Notes under the pieces: generated by a model
The model's database searches: none
Told to the model about the DNA's origin: nothing
Seen by the model: the letters and a program-made list of their open reading frames with translations, nothing else
Program-made: the position numbers and the translations under genes
Shown here: one piece after another, positions 1-10,712 of the stretch
Layout: the number at the start of each line of letters is the position of its first letter
Position numbering within the stretch: position 1 is the first letter of the stretch
IMG/VR virus record: IMGVR_UViG_3300027763_000043
Location: 1-64,000 of that record
DNA: 64,000 nt
Direction: 5' to 3' (one strand)
From: a virus

Positions 1-237
1 TTCCCTGTTGCAATCATTAAATGCAACACGACAAGCACCATCCATAATGCCATACTCATCAAATCCAACAGCACGAAGAAAACTCTTGAAGAGTTCAAAA
101 TACTGATGAGTATTCAAGTCTTGTGCAGGTGCTTCAATCGTGATAGTTTGCTTATCAACGATTTCGGGAAAATACTTGTTGTGAGATGTTTCGGTGTCGT
201 TGATGTAGGAAAACTTGATGGTTGCGTTGTAAGTCAT
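1..237 (-). CDS. Hypothetical phage protein (partial, runs off the window start)
   Basis: Manually read ORF MTYNATIKFSYINDTETSHNKYFPEIVDKQTITIEAPAQDLN..., directly downstream of the promoter at 260-315. Confidence 0.65.
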   Translation of the reverse strand, partial: MTYNATIKFSYINDTETSHNKYFPEIVDKQTITIEAPAQDLNTHQYFELFKSFLRAVGFDEYGIMDGACRVAFNDCNRE

Positions 238-259
238 GGTTTTATTTGATTACCCCCAT

Positions 260-315
260 ACTATAAGACCCTTGACTGCGAAAGTCAAGGGTCAGTGGAC
301 GGTTTTTAAAGTGTC
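260..315 (-). promoter_or_regulatory. Early sigma70-type promoter with hairpin and upstream 22-bp box
   Basis: TTGACT (288-283), 17-bp spacer, TATAGT (265-260); 11-bp inverted repeat 267-277/283-293; upstream box GACACTTTAAAAACCGTCCACT. Confidence 0.8.
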
Positions 316-318
316 TGT

Positions 319-543
319 TTAGACTTCATAATCTTCTTGATAATAACCACTAACAACATTATCATCCCAAGCAGTCGGCAATTGATGCTCTCTTGCTTTC
401 ATGTGATTTACCTTAGAAACTGGAAGACCCTCCAAGTCTTCTTCATGTAAGATTCCATCTAACTGACGGATTTCATTGAATGTGTGCGGAAATCTAAGTG
501 CTCCGCTGTGCATCCATTCAATATTGCGATGAGTTCTAGACAT
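319..543 (-). CDS. Hypothetical phage protein
   Basis: 74-aa ORF within a co-oriented early cluster. Confidence 0.65.
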   Translation of the reverse strand: MSRTHRNIEWMHSGALRFPHTFNEIRQLDGILHEEDLEGLPVSKVNHMKAREHQLPTAWDDNVVSGYYQEDYEV

Positions 544-575
544 AATGTTTGTGAATAAACACAGTACTAATTATA

Positions 576-809
576 TCACTTTTTGAATTCTTTTTCAAGT
601 TCCTTTGCAATTTTTAAGGAACTACGCCACATTAACCATTTTACAATCGGATTAGCGGGATTGTGAAGCAACCACCACTTTTGTTTTTCATAGTGAAACC
701 TCAGTATTTTAGAGACTAAGGTGACGGCATATGCCACACTATTATCAGTTACGATAAAGTAAGCAATTACCGCAAAAGCAAAAAACCAAAAGTAGTAGGA
801 AGATGTCAT
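576..809 (-). CDS. Small putative membrane protein
   Basis: 77 aa with a hydrophobic/aromatic N-terminal helix. Confidence 0.7.
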   Translation of the reverse strand: MTSSYYFWFFAFAVIAYFIVTDNSVAYAVTLVSKILRFHYEKQKWWLLHNPANPIVKWLMWRSSLKIAKELEKEFKK

Positions 810-831
810 CGAATTAACGCATTATGTGTAT

Positions 832-1062
832 TTAATCAGATAAAAATTGATCCAAAGTTGAAATTGATGCACCTTTTGCCGCCTTTTGAATGTAAGACTT
901 GGCGGAGTTATAGTTGTTTGCAGTATGAACTTGTTGTCCTTTATAAATGATGATGTACTTTTTTCCAGTCCAGCATACTGCTGCCCATTCGCCATCTTTT
1001 GATACAAAACCATTCGGATCTCCTGGTTTAGGATCAAGAATACCTTCTTTCTGAATGTTCAT
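832..1062 (-). CDS. Hypothetical phage protein
   Basis: 76-aa ORF; its start overlaps the upstream stop (ATGA). Confidence 0.7.
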   Translation of the reverse strand: MNIQKEGILDPKPGDPNGFVSKDGEWAAVCWTGKKYIIIYKGQQVHTANNYNSAKSYIQKAAKGASISTLDQFLSD

Positions 1063-1202
1063 CGGAATACAACGTTGACATTGAGGATTTGTGCATTCGG
1101 ATACTGAGACTTTGCAACTCGCTTTGCATCCTGATAATCACGAGCATAGCATTCCACATAGAACACATTGCCTTGAACGTAGCACTGAACACGATGTTTC
1201 AT
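1059..1202 (-). CDS. Small hypothetical protein (47 aa, not in ORF track)
   Basis: MKHRVQCYVQGNVFYVECYARDYQDAKRVAKSQYPNAQILNVNVVFR fills the gap between neighbours, with an ATGA overlap. Confidence 0.7.
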   Translation of the reverse strand: MKHRVQCYVQGNVFYVECYARDYQDAKRVAKSQYPNAQILNVNVVFR

Positions 1203-1207
1203 GATTT

Positions 1208-2434
1208 TTACTTGTTGATGGTGGAGATTGCAGACTCGCCTTGAACAAAGATGGTGTCCACGACTGCCTGCAGTTTTTTGGCGGTTGTAATGCCAGTGTT
1301 ACTATAGACGGGAACATGGACGAATCCATATGCCTTGTGATAGTTCTTCAACTGTCCAGGAATCAGAGACCCTTCTGAGAGACGCCTAGCATCCTCTGTA
1401 TGAAGTCGAATCACACGACCGATGGTCTGTGCCATCGCAATGTAGTCCATGTTCCTCATGAGCACACAGGAGGTCAATCCAGGACAGTTGATACCTTCAC
1501 TCAGAATGGAATAGTGAAGAAGAATGAATTTCTTCTCAGAATCCTTACCCCATTCAGTCAGAGTATCAAAGAACACCTCACGACCAACCTTCTGATTGTT
1601 GATGAATGCACCGTACTTTGCAGTAATCCACATCACATCATAACCATGAGACTGTACTTCTGTCATGAATTCAGTCTCTGCAAGCATTCGCATGAGAACC
1701 TTAGTATTTGGTGCTGCCACCAGTACCTTCTCCATGTTATCTTCATTGAGAATCGTATCAAGAAGAGTCATGCAATCACGTTCTGCAGCAAACTCCTTAT
1801 CACGATGAACGCTCATAGAATGCACTTGAACTTGAGGAGGAAGAATATATCCACCATTCACCAGTTCAGGTGCAGAAACCTGGCAAATGACTTGACCATA
1901 GACTGATCCATCATTCATTCCAGGTTTGGATGCAACAGCAGAATGCTTTGGAGTTGCAGTAAAGAAATAGCAACGCTGAGCATGATTACTGAAATGCTTG
2001 GTTGATTCAAAGAAATGACGTTGAACTGAGTTATGTGCCTCATCAAAATAGATGGTATTTACATCAATACCAGATCGCTCAATCTGAATCAGTGAATGAT
2101 AAGTCGTAAAGATCAGTTTATGGCCATTCACATGATAATTCCATGCGAAGATCTTATTGGGATTAGTAGTACTATAATGATGTGTCTCACCGCTGTGTAC
2201 GTGCATCACAGAAGCATCGGTGATGTGCTCCAAGAACTCTGCAGACAACTGCTCTGCGAGCATGATTCTTGGTGCTACCACCACAATCGTCTGAGGAATG
2301 CTATTGGAAAACTCTCTGATAGCATCGAAAATCATGGTTGGAGTCTTACCTCCACCGGTGGTCATCAGCACTTGACCCTTGCTGTGATGCTCCATAGCAC
2401 TGTGAGCACGTTCTTGGTGAGGACGAAGAATCAT
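1208..2434 (-). CDS. Superfamily-2 (DEAH) helicase
   Basis: LRPHQ, TGGGKT Walker A, DEAH, TATP, SEGIN, QTIGRVIR motifs; start moved to 2434 because the ATG at 2458 lies inside the -10 box. Confidence 0.9.
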   Translation of the reverse strand: MILRPHQERAHSAMEHHSKGQVLMTTGGGKTPTMIFDAIREFSNSIPQTIVVVAPRIMLAEQLSAEFLEHITDASVMHVHSGETHHYSTTNPNKIFAWNYHVNGHKLIFTTYHSLIQIERSGIDVNTIYFDEAHNSVQRHFFESTKHFSNHAQRCYFFTATPKHSAVASKPGMNDGSVYGQVICQVSAPELVNGGYILPPQVQVHSMSVHRDKEFAAERDCMTLLDTILNEDNMEKVLVAAPNTKVLMRMLAETEFMTEVQSHGYDVMWITAKYGAFINNQKVGREVFFDTLTEWGKDSEKKFILLHYSILSEGINCPGLTSCVLMRNMDYIAMAQTIGRVIRLHTEDARRLSEGSLIPGQLKNYHKAYGFVHVPVYSNTGITTAKKLQAVVDTIFVQGESAISTINK

Positions 2435-2456
2435 CGGTTTCGTTGTGTACCGAATC

Positions 2457-2514
2457 ATTATAGCACTAAAAAACCCCCTGTGACGGGGGTGGAGTGGACG
2501 GTTCTTAAAGTGTC
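2457..2514 (-). promoter_or_regulatory. Early promoter (extended -10) with hairpin and upstream 22-bp box
   Basis: TGcTATAAT at 2465-2457; hairpin 2473-2490; box at 2493-2514 is 21/22 identical to 294-315. Confidence 0.75.
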
Positions 2515-2559
2515 TTAAAGCCTCATCTTCAAACCAGACAAAGGTACTCTAGCAGTATT

Positions 2560-4818
2560 TTAGGATAGTGTCAAGCTTGTAGAACCAACACCAACAACGG
2601 TAAATATTAATTTATTACCAACTGTTGTAATTTGAACTGCAGTACCAATACCACTATTGAATCCATTTATTGCAGTGACAATTCCAGAATTTGCAGTAAT
2701 TCCAGTTCCAACCTTCAATCTAGTTGCACTTATAATTCCAACATTAATATCTGGAGATCCTGTTAAACCGACTGGTTCCCATGAAGTTCCATCCCAAGCC
2801 TGATGGTTATTGGTTGAACTATTATAAATGATTGCCCCAGCAATAGCTGCATTATTAGTGAATATAATTCTTTCACTAGTTGTCATTATTGGTGGATAAA
2901 AAGCACCCCTGATAGACTTTGTTAAGTTTGCCAATCGCATATCAAGGGGTCCAGCTGGAGTATCAGTACCAATTCCAATCAATCCAAACTGATTAAAATA
3001 TGTTAAATTATCAGTACTTATTCCAGGATAAAGAATCAGATTTCCTTTCAAAGTTGTTTTTCCACCGTAAACTTGAAGATTACCATCCTCAGTAGTTGGA
3101 GAAGTTGTTCCAATACCAAGTCTATTAGATATTGCACTAGTCCCATTTACAAATAATGATGTGGTAGAATTTGTAATAGTTGTATTAATACCTACTTGAA
3201 GAAATAGTGCATTTTTAGTTGCAGCATCCAATCCTGCAACAGGAATCGATGTTCCAATTCCAACTGAAGATCCAAATCCAAAAACATGAAGTTGAGATAT
3301 TGTAGTAATTCCGATATTAGTATTTAAATTGAAATTTTTAAGAGTTCCACCACTAGATGAACCAAGTACAATTTGATTAACACCAGTACCGGCAGTCATT
3401 GTTCCAGTAATTGTTACATTATTTTCAAAAGAAGCGATACCAGTGACTGTGGAAGTACCATTAACATATAATTTTGTTGCTGGATTTGTTTTTCCTATAC
3501 CAAAATTGCCATCATAAGTAAGTGATGCAAGTTCAAGATTGCCTTGACCGTATAACCAGGCATATCTTCCGGTGTTTATACCACTATCAAAACCAGCATG
3601 TAAATAAAAATTAATATTTCCAGTATCATTGTTAATAATATCAAAATTCTTTGAAGGACTTCCAAATCGTATAATTCCAGAACTTTGTCCTACACCAACG
3701 GACTGACCAATGCTAATTCTTGCTTGTCCAGAATTGGAAATAATTTCCAATAAAGAACCAGAAGTTTTTATAATTTGAATATCTGATGTTGGGGCATTAG
3801 TTCCAACTCCAATTCTTCCCGAGGTTGTTGTAAATGTAGTTGCAGTTACAACACCAACTATAATATCTGGAGTTCCTATTAGTGATCTTGCAGTACTAGC
3901 AATACCGGTTACATTACCAACAATGCCACCAGAGAACGTCGAAAGTCCAGTAGAATTTACATTACCGGTTACATTACCAACGATGCCACCAGAGAATGTT
4001 GAAAGTCCAGTAGAATTTACACTACTAGCACTAATGCCACCAGAGAACGTTGAAAGTCCAGTAGAATTTACACTACTAACACTAATCCCACCAGAGAACG
4101 TTGAAAGTCCGGTAGAATTTACATTGCCAGTTACATTACCAATAATGCCACCAGAGAACGTTGAAAGTCCGGTGGAATTTACATTCCCAGTTAAGTTTCC
4201 ACTAAAATTTGTAGATGCAGTAATGACACCAGAAACATTAATATTTTGGGGCAATCTAGAATTATTTAATGTTCCATTACTAATATTAGATGCATTAATT
4301 CCTTGCAAATCAGTTCCAAAACCAGTAAAACTATATGCAGTTATAATACCAGATGCTCTGATGTCACCAGTAGAATTAAATCCAACACCAGAATTAGTAT
4401 TGGGATTATTGCCAATTTGAAAGGTATAACTTGGGTATGTTGTTGCAATTCCAACATTTCCTCTAGAAAATATACTTGTATATCCAAATCCACTATCAAC
4501 ATCTATCCATTGGGATGTTGGCAAATTGAGAAGTTTTCCACCATCACCATAGTATGTTATGATTCCACTAATTGCAGTTATAATACCTGATGTGATAGAA
4601 ACAATACCAACTCTCAATCTTGTGGTTGAAGTCAGTCCACTTAAAGTTATATCAGTACCTTTTATTGGACTATTAAACTTTGAAGTTCCATATACATCCA
4701 AAAAATCAGTTGGAATTGTTGTTCCAATTCCAACCAAACCGTTAGCATTTACAACAAAGTTGTCATTATCAACTTGAACTCCATTCCTAAAATTAAATGA
4801 CTTATTATAATTTGCCAT
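2560..4818 (-). CDS. Tail fibre / virion structural protein
   Basis: 752 aa; many VGIGT motifs; Gly/Thr/Ser-rich; TAAATA late promoter upstream. Confidence 0.75.
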   Translation of the reverse strand: MANYNKSFNFRNGVQVDNDNFVVNANGLVGIGTTIPTDFLDVYGTSKFNSPIKGTDITLSGLTSTTRLRVGIVSITSGIITAISGIITYYGDGGKLLNLPTSQWIDVDSGFGYTSIFSRGNVGIATTYPSYTFQIGNNPNTNSGVGFNSTGDIRASGIITAYSFTGFGTDLQGINASNISNGTLNNSRLPQNINVSGVITASTNFSGNLTGNVNSTGLSTFSGGIIGNVTGNVNSTGLSTFSGGISVSSVNSTGLSTFSGGISASSVNSTGLSTFSGGIVGNVTGNVNSTGLSTFSGGIVGNVTGIASTARSLIGTPDIIVGVVTATTFTTTSGRIGVGTNAPTSDIQIIKTSGSLLEIISNSGQARISIGQSVGVGQSSGIIRFGSPSKNFDIINNDTGNINFYLHAGFDSGINTGRYAWLYGQGNLELASLTYDGNFGIGKTNPATKLYVNGTSTVTGIASFENNVTITGTMTAGTGVNQIVLGSSSGGTLKNFNLNTNIGITTISQLHVFGFGSSVGIGTSIPVAGLDAATKNALFLQVGINTTITNSTTSLFVNGTSAISNRLGIGTTSPTTEDGNLQVYGGKTTLKGNLILYPGISTDNLTYFNQFGLIGIGTDTPAGPLDMRLANLTKSIRGAFYPPIMTTSERIIFTNNAAIAGAIIYNSSTNNHQAWDGTSWEPVGLTGSPDINVGIISATRLKVGTGITANSGIVTAINGFNSGIGTAVQITTVGNKLIFTVVGVGSTSLTLS
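3905..4190 (-). repeat. Five intragenic tandem repeats (VNSTGLSTFSGGI)
   Basis: Repeated ccaccagagaacgttgaaagtccagtagaatttac units, spaced 45-57 bp apart. Confidence 0.85.
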
Positions 4819-4837
4819 CTTTTGAGTCTATTTCTAG

Positions 4838-7800
4838 TTATTTATCGTTCAGTTTTTGTTGAAGTTCATCAACCTTTCTTGATAATTCCTTAACTGCCTC
4901 AATCAGAAGTGGAACAATCTTATCATACTTAACCGCAATATAATCTTTACCAATACCGGCAGCAGAAATAACTTCTGGAAGAACTGCCTGAACTTCTTGT
5001 GCAGAAACTCCAGAATGTCTAATAGCGGAATCGAGACCCAATTTTTCGGCAATTTCATTAAAATTGTAGGTAAATCCATTAAGAGTTAAAACTTTATTAA
5101 GTGCATCTCCAATTGGTTCAATATTAGTTTTAAGTCTAATATCGGAAGTTAATGCAGTAATATCACCAGTACATGTTATTTCTCCATCTACAGATAGACC
5201 TTTAATTGATGTACTACCACTTGTGACCGTTAAACCACTTCTTAGTGTAGTACTTCCACTTACATCTAGACTGCTACTGAGAGTTAAACCACCAGTAACA
5301 GTATGCCCACTAATATTTGATACGTTTAACGTATTATCAATTGTAGTAGTTTTTAATGATGTTGTTCCAGAAGTCTGAGTTAAATTGTTATTTAATGTAG
5401 TAGCACCAGTAACTCCAAGAGTACTACTAAGAGTTGTTGCTCCAGTAACTGTTAAAGCATCAGTAATAGTTGTAGTACCACCGGCAGAATCAATCGTTAA
5501 ATTTCCAGTACTTGTATCAATAGTATTATCATTTGCAACACCAATTCTAATATTATCAATAGTTGCTCCACCATTAACATCAAGAAGTCCTGTGAATGTA
5601 GCAGTTCCGCCCACATTTAGATTTTTAGCAATTCCAACACCACCCTTTACAATTAATGCTCCAGTTGTTGCGCTGGTAGAATCTTCTACATCATTTATTT
5701 TTAAAGTAAATGTTGCATTTGAATTTGCTGGTTTTGTTAATGTAACTTGATCGTTGATCTTAACTTCTTTGTTAAATGTAACAGGACCATCAAACTGTGA
5801 AAGAACAGTATTTGAGTTTCCTCCTTCAACAACAAGTCTTTCTTTAATCGTCGCTTCATCAAATACTACACTCAATCTCGATGGATCTACACCAGTAATT
5901 GTTGGAATAGGAGTATCGAATGTAATTTCTTCACCCGTTGCTGATGATTTCTTTTGATTTCCAACAAACGAATCTCCCTTGCTGTTCATTCCAGTGTAAA
6001 CAACGACACCAGCAGATCTTTCTTGCGATTGTGAAAGGAAGTCTTCTCTTTCTGTCAGAGTTTTGACTTGTACCTGTGGTAATCCAGTCGAATAGTTACC
6101 AGGACCATATCCAAGATATTCGAAAGTATGTCCAGAAGCACGTGCAATTGAAGGCCTTCTGAATTCCACAGGTAGTGGTTTAATCTTCGCAATGATTGAT
6201 CCACGATCATGATCTGTTTGTCTTGTTGCCAGAGCACCACGAATTACAGTAATCTCATCATTGAAAGTGCCACCAAGAGTGCTACTTACAATTCTCATGA
6301 TTTCATCATCAATTTGAATATAAGATCCTAATGGGAATCTATTGACAATTCCCGAAGAAGTACTACTAACTTTAATATGAGTAGCATCTGTAAATTCGAC
6401 GGCGATTAAAGTCTCATCATCAAATATTGAAATACCTCTTACTGCCAAATTTTCTGCAGAAGAATCAGATACTCCATTATTTGCAGATAATCCGTGCTTT
6501 AGAACATAACCATTTGCTGCAGAAATAGTTTTATTCGTAATTGCCGTAAAAGTATTAACTCCAACTCTCGTATCTACAATAAAATCACCAAGATTATTAT
6601 TACTTGAATCAATAACTCTGAATCTATTTCCAGTAACTAATCCATGAGGAGAAATACAATTAAAAGTGCTAATACCCGAAGTAGAATCAACTACAGTATT
6701 AGTTGAAATCTTAACCGAAGGTGACACTACAAATGCATAATGATCTGTAGTAATAATTGGATCACCTGCAGTTTTGGCAATTGAAATTTGATTTTTAGCA
6801 GGAATGGATGTAATTCTGTAATATCCATCAGAAGTTGTTGCGCCAGCACCAGTAAACTGAACAACATTTCCAATTGAAGTTGAGATACCAGAGGTGGTGA
6901 TTGTAATTGATGCATCAACTGTGCCACCAATTTGAGAATTATCGAAGAATAATGAAGGTGTAATACTGGGGGAATATCCAGAACCAGAAGACATAATATC
7001 TACTGATGTGATCGAATTTCCAACACCAGATACAACTACTTTTGCAGTTGCACCATTCCAACCACTAAGCCCGACAGTATTAAAGAGTTTTACGTTATAA
7101 TATGTTCCTGGTGTATGTCCACTACCACCAATAATGCCAGAATAAGTTATAATACCAGCAAATCCATGTTCTCTAGCGAATGTAATTGTTGCGCTTGTGG
7201 GAGAACTCGAAACAGTAGATACATCAAGACCAATACCAAATGATGTAAGGAAAGTGTCAACTGCTTCCTTCGTAACACTTTTCTTAAGATCGTTAGTTAC
7301 AACTTCACCAAGAGGAAATCTCTTTGCAAAAGTTTTGGCGCTTTGTGGAGTATCATTAATATTGTCTCTATCTAATTGTGGATAAAGATCTACAACAGTT
7401 TGACTATACTTCAGACCAGAAAATTCTCCTGGAACTGCATTATTGGCATTTAAAACATAGATGTGATAGATGCCATCCTGAATACCTTCAATATATTCTT
7501 GAATTATTTCATTTCTATAATTATAAAGATTTGTTTGTAGATTATTTCTTTCAAATCTTGGGGATAGTGTTGTTCTATTGCTTGTATTATTGGTAAATGT
7601 TCCTGGAGTTCTGATTGCAGGTAGTGCATAGGTAAATGTCATATCATTATCAATAGATGCAACCGTAAAGGTTCCATTGTATCCAAGATCATCTGCACCA
7701 GAAGTATTTGTACTGTCAGTTACGTATCTAATAATAACAGTATCATTTACTTGAAGATTATGAGGAAGTTCTGAAATAACGGTTACAGTTTTAGGCCCAC

Positions 7801-10342
7801 TATTATAAGAACACTTTGCAATTAAACTCAGATTTCTGTTATAATCATAATCTGTTCTTGTGATTGAAGAAGCACTAAAATCTGTATTATTCCTATAACC
7901 AGTGGAACTTGATTGTTGAATAATAAAACTATTTTCTGGATTTTTGGAATTTACAGTTTCTTTTGGAATAACAACTCTAATTTTGTAAATCTTTTCATCC
8001 AAACTTCTAGAATCTTGTGCTCTCTTAAAGTAAGAAGGTTCTGTTCTTACTGATAGATTTGCAACACCAAGTGAATTTAATATATTGTAAATGCCATTAC
8101 TTGCATCAGTATGAATAAACCACTGCTTATTTGTGGAATCATATTGAACAGGTGATCCAGCATCACCAGCATTTTTATCAGATACTCTGCTGAGAATTCT
8201 AAGATTAGTTCCGGCATAAACAGTAATTGAAGTGCCTGTTGATGCATTGGATGCAGAAGATGCTAACTGAATTTTTGTTGGTTCTAATGGAAGCGTGATC
8301 ACATAATAAACAGTATTTTCTACAATATTTTCTGGAAGATCGCCATCATCACTCAGAATAATAACTTTCTCACCAGTATTAAGTTTATGTGCTCCAATTG
8401 TAAATTTACTTGATGATACAGAAGATACTGAATATTCTTTTACACTACTTGTAGTTGGATTTGCAGTGCCATCAGACATTAAAATATTTGCCGAATACTC
8501 AGTCCCGTTTACTAAGAAATACAATTTATCACTTACTTTTGCACCAATTCTAAATCCTTGTGTAAGAACTGGTGGATAATCATCACGAGAATTAAATCCA
8601 TAAAGATAAAGACGATTTGCACTTGGATTAATAGAAGTATTTGTCGTAATTCCAACATCCAATGCCATCCAGTCAACATTTGCTTCTTCTGATATAATTG
8701 CTCTTGGAGGAATAATCGAAGTTACATATGCCTTATCATCTTTTGCGAATGCTTCTTTCTTAAACCCAGAAGAGTTAAGTGAAATTTGTCCAAAGTTAGA
8801 GTTTGAGTTTGTAATACTCATGTCTCCACCGGTTTCGCAATCAAAGTGCTTGGTAAAACCAATTGCAAAGACGGATACAATTTGAATAAAGGCATCATTA
8901 CTTGCCTTAATATGACTCGTTTCCCATCCAGATCTATAAACTGCATCAGAATCTAGGTGATATGCAGTTCCTGAAGTAGTAGAAGAAGATTGTCCAGAAA
9001 GTTCAGAAGCAGAAGTTCTAGTTATAGCAATAGATTCATAAGATCTTGATGTCTTATTATATTTTGCAAATGCACGGTCATCTTTCTGCAGAGATACACC
9101 GGTAAATTGTGCAACAACCATTGAACGGAAACCTGATGCTTTGCTGCCATCAGCGTGCATTCCAGCCATACCCCATACGGAACGCAAAGATATGTTAAAG
9201 ACGTATGGAGATGCACCAGATACAGTATCAGTCTCAATTGTTGCCGTTGCTCCAGTTACACTCGGAGATGTTGGCACATTTACTCTAATGTTTTCAATCA
9301 AGTATGTAAATGTTGTACTGTTAATAACACCTTGAACTTTTGCAGAAACATTATAATCGGTTACAGCAACTCCACGAATCTTAATTGGAGTTCCTTCGAT
9401 AAAATTGTGAGGAGTAGTTGTTGTGACAGTAATTTGTGGACTTGCAGTTCCACCTTGACCAGACTCAATACTTGAAATTTGAACTGGATCAGATGCAAAC
9501 GCACCGACAATTTCCCATTCAGGTCTTTGTTTTGCAAATCCAAGAGAATTTGATGGATACTTCTCATCAATATCTCTACCAGATGCAAAGTTATAAGCAT
9601 TTGAGAGTTTACTATAATACATGTCAAGATCAGTAAGTCCATATGAACCTACATTATTGACACCATCAGCATACTCAAAGCAAGTAAGTTTGTGATGAGA
9701 GAACGTTGGTGTTGATTGATTGTTATTCGAAAAATCGGCAGGATCAGTGTAAACTAATCCAGTTTCATCACCATCAAATAAACAAAACTGCCAGAAATAA
9801 CATGCACCAGTAATTTTAAAGATTGAAGATTTTCCAACAGTAGAATCAGTTGGATTCGGAACATATTTTGGACGTAGTTTAGTCTTTCTTAAGTCAAGAC
9901 CAACAACAGAAGTACCTCTTGGTACAATAACTCCACCATAGATACTATTAAATTTATAGAGAATATTGTCGTCTTGTGTTAAGTCAAAGTTAGAATCTAA
10001 TGTGAGTGATAGTGTATCAACAGCTGCGGAAGTTTGACCAGAAGGAGACTTTGCAATTGCAGTTCCACCACTACTATAAACAGCAAAACCAGGTCTATTA
10101 TCAATTGTATGCGCTCCAGGCATCAATAGGATGGTAGTTCTTTCAGTATAATCGTTATTATTTCCTTTAACGTAGGAGAATCTTCCTGCCTCTAACAGTG
10201 CCCTCTGTAGCGTCTTAAAGGGTTGTGCAAGAGAGTTTCCTTGATTAGTGATACTATCAGTAGAATCAAGATCACTTGGCGAAACATAAAGAATACGACC
10301 TTCTGTATTCTTGATAAAATTATCTAATTTGTTAAGGGGCAT
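4838..10342 (-). CDS. Large tail fibre/spike with C-terminal intramolecular chaperone (peptidase S74)
   Basis: 1834 aa; N-terminal YVSP...GNSLAQPFKTLQRAL beta-helix-type start; C-terminal SDIRLKTNIEPI...coiled coil; CTAAATA upstream. Confidence 0.85.
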   Translation of the reverse strand: MPLNKLDNFIKNTEGRILYVSPSDLDSTDSITNQGNSLAQPFKTLQRALLEAGRFSYVKGNNNDYTERTTILLMPGAHTIDNRPGFAVYSSGGTAIAKSPSGQTSAAVDTLSLTLDSNFDLTQDDNILYKFNSIYGGVIVPRGTSVVGLDLRKTKLRPKYVPNPTDSTVGKSSIFKITGACYFWQFCLFDGDETGLVYTDPADFSNNNQSTPTFSHHKLTCFEYADGVNNVGSYGLTDLDMYYSKLSNAYNFASGRDIDEKYPSNSLGFAKQRPEWEIVGAFASDPVQISSIESGQGGTASPQITVTTTTPHNFIEGTPIKIRGVAVTDYNVSAKVQGVINSTTFTYLIENIRVNVPTSPSVTGATATIETDTVSGASPYVFNISLRSVWGMAGMHADGSKASGFRSMVVAQFTGVSLQKDDRAFAKYNKTSRSYESIAITRTSASELSGQSSSTTSGTAYHLDSDAVYRSGWETSHIKASNDAFIQIVSVFAIGFTKHFDCETGGDMSITNSNSNFGQISLNSSGFKKEAFAKDDKAYVTSIIPPRAIISEEANVDWMALDVGITTNTSINPSANRLYLYGFNSRDDYPPVLTQGFRIGAKVSDKLYFLVNGTEYSANILMSDGTANPTTSSVKEYSVSSVSSSKFTIGAHKLNTGEKVIILSDDGDLPENIVENTVYYVITLPLEPTKIQLASSASNASTGTSITVYAGTNLRILSRVSDKNAGDAGSPVQYDSTNKQWFIHTDASNGIYNILNSLGVANLSVRTEPSYFKRAQDSRSLDEKIYKIRVVIPKETVNSKNPENSFIIQQSSSTGYRNNTDFSASSITRTDYDYNRNLSLIAKCSYNSGPKTVTVISELPHNLQVNDTVIIRYVTDSTNTSGADDLGYNGTFTVASIDNDMTFTYALPAIRTPGTFTNNTSNRTTLSPRFERNNLQTNLYNYRNEIIQEYIEGIQDGIYHIYVLNANNAVPGEFSGLKYSQTVVDLYPQLDRDNINDTPQSAKTFAKRFPLGEVVTNDLKKSVTKEAVDTFLTSFGIGLDVSTVSSSPTSATITFAREHGFAGIITYSGIIGGSGHTPGTYYNVKLFNTVGLSGWNGATAKVVVSGVGNSITSVDIMSSGSGYSPSITPSLFFDNSQIGGTVDASITITTSGISTSIGNVVQFTGAGATTSDGYYRITSIPAKNQISIAKTAGDPIITTDHYAFVVSPSVKISTNTVVDSTSGISTFNCISPHGLVTGNRFRVIDSSNNNLGDFIVDTRVGVNTFTAITNKTISAANGYVLKHGLSANNGVSDSSAENLAVRGISIFDDETLIAVEFTDATHIKVSSTSSGIVNRFPLGSYIQIDDEIMRIVSSTLGGTFNDEITVIRGALATRQTDHDRGSIIAKIKPLPVEFRRPSIARASGHTFEYLGYGPGNYSTGLPQVQVKTLTEREDFLSQSQERSAGVVVYTGMNSKGDSFVGNQKKSSATGEEITFDTPIPTITGVDPSRLSVVFDEATIKERLVVEGGNSNTVLSQFDGPVTFNKEVKINDQVTLTKPANSNATFTLKINDVEDSTSATTGALIVKGGVGIAKNLNVGGTATFTGLLDVNGGATIDNIRIGVANDNTIDTSTGNLTIDSAGGTTTITDALTVTGATTLSSTLGVTGATTLNNNLTQTSGTTSLKTTTIDNTLNVSNISGHTVTGGLTLSSSLDVSGSTTLRSGLTVTSGSTSIKGLSVDGEITCTGDITALTSDIRLKTNIEPIGDALNKVLTLNGFTYNFNEIAEKLGLDSAIRHSGVSAQEVQAVLPEVISAAGIGKDYIAVKYDKIVPLLIEAVKELSRKVDELQQKLNDK

Positions 10343-10396
10343 GGTATTATGACTTCTAAAAATATTTCTATGTTTTATTTAGTTAGTCAATTTTTA

Positions 10397-10681
10397 TCAA
10401 TCAAACTCCATAATGTCTTCTGGTAGGTCTTGTGGGTTCTCTAAATCCACCTCGAATAGTAATGGGTGTGCCTCTTCATCTATCAAATAGAAAGAGTTTT
10501 TGAATAAATCTTCTGGTTCAAATGATCTTTGCTTATCTGCTAATCTACATAGGTCTTTATCATACAAATGACCATCCGGTAGTTCATCAAATGTAAAAGG
10601 AACTTGATTGATAAAGTACATCTTAACAATCATCGTACCTTTATTGTACCAGCAGTATGCTTGACTGATTTGATAAGACAT
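10397..10681 (-). CDS. Hypothetical cyanophage-type protein
   Basis: 94-aa acidic ORF with ATAAATA late promoter upstream. Confidence 0.7.
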   Translation of the reverse strand: MSYQISQAYCWYNKGTMIVKMYFINQVPFTFDELPDGHLYDKDLCRLADKQRSFEPEDLFKNSFYLIDEEAHPLLFEVDLENPQDLPEDIMEFD

Positions 10682-10712
10682 TTTAGTATTTCAATATCTT
10701 ATATTTATTTTA

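Noticed and set aside
2515-2559. Possible extra promoter or sRNA between the fibre gene and the helicase promoter
   Set aside because: Only a weak TGcTAGAGT is visible; no terminator or convincing structure
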